Virus record (IMG/VR): IMGVR_UViG_3300021963_000022
Direction: 5' to 3' (one strand)
Origin: a virus
Lineage: Duplodnaviria; Caudoviricetes
Length of the DNA stretch: 64,000 nucleotides
A program made the position numbers and the translations under genes. The notes beneath the pieces were generated by a model, which did not search any database, had not been told where the DNA came from, and saw only the letters and a list, made by a program, of their open reading frames with translations. Shown here piece by piece: positions 63,564 through 64,000 of this stretch (its first letter is position 1; each line of letters begins with the position of its first letter).

Positions 63564-63590
63564 TAGATAACTACTTATCTAAATTAAAAA

Positions 63591-64000
63591 TTAGTTGATG
63601 TTTTCTTGTTTCATATAACTATGTACCGTATCTAATGAGGAGCTAATAGCCATATGCATATCAATGTATACGTACATTCCACAACGTCCAATAAACGTAT
63701 TCTTTGGATTCTCTATCTCTCTATACTTCTTATATAAATCTCTATACGTGTCAATCGGGTAATAACGTTCATTGTTGTTATCTTTGTAATCACATGGTTC
63801 TTCAAACGTCAAAGTAGTATTACCGGTCTTAATATTATTGGGTAACTTATTCCATTCAGTCATTCTAGTAAACGACCCATTATCAGTAAAGTTAACTACA
63901 GTAGTGGGCAACAAATTTGGTAACGGGAATGTTATAGAATGAAACTTGATAGACCTATATGGTAATTCTCCATGCACAAAATCATAATAAACATCAATGG
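63591..64000 (-). CDS. glf: UDP-galactopyranose mutase, C-terminal part (runs off the right edge)
   Basis: In-frame extension (P)IDVYYDFVHGELPYRS, RMTEW, YYP, FIGRCGMYVYIDMHMAI. Confidence 0.85.
   Translation of the reverse strand, partial: IDVYYDFVHGELPYRSIKFHSITFPLPNLLPTTVVNFTDNGSFTRMTEWNKLPNNIKTGNTTLTFEEPCDYKDNNNERYYPIDTYRDLYKKYREIENPKNTFIGRCGMYVYIDMHMAISSSLDTVHSYMKQENIN

Overview
This is an AT-rich segment of a large dsDNA tailed phage with T4-like transcription signals. The host is probably a freshwater Betaproteobacterium, inferred from the IscU/IscA/ErpA/IF-1/RpoZ sequences. In order, the window holds: (1) an RCC1/FN3 repeat gene running off the left edge; (2) a curli-like operon (CsgF, CsgG, two curlin-repeat proteins, FecR-domain protein); (3) a host-support block (IF-1, Fe/Mn SOD, IscU-IscA-ErpA); (4) a tail-fibre-like gene; (5) an early region of small minus-strand genes behind near-consensus sigma70 promoters, including an ArfA-like peptide the ORF track misses; (6) an S11 peptidase, a papain protease and RpoZ; (7) a ~9 kb minus-strand array of 28 tRNA or tRNA-like genes interleaved with three endonuclease genes and many structured non-tRNA spacers; (8) a ~16 kb island with five radical SAM enzymes plus other tailoring enzymes; (9) SleB hydrolase, PAAR, glutaredoxin, nrdB/nrdA and a partial UDP-galactopyranose mutase. 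The most interesting signal lies directly upstream of the tRNA array. A 44-codon leader ORF uses all 20 amino acids, and its stop codon sits in an antiterminator arm that competes with an intrinsic terminator. This is a candidate general tRNA-availability attenuator. Also notable are two endonuclease-plus-replacement-tRNA cassettes that left fragments of the tRNAs they displaced, and several unannotated structured RNAs. All structures and family assignments were made by eye, with no database searches.
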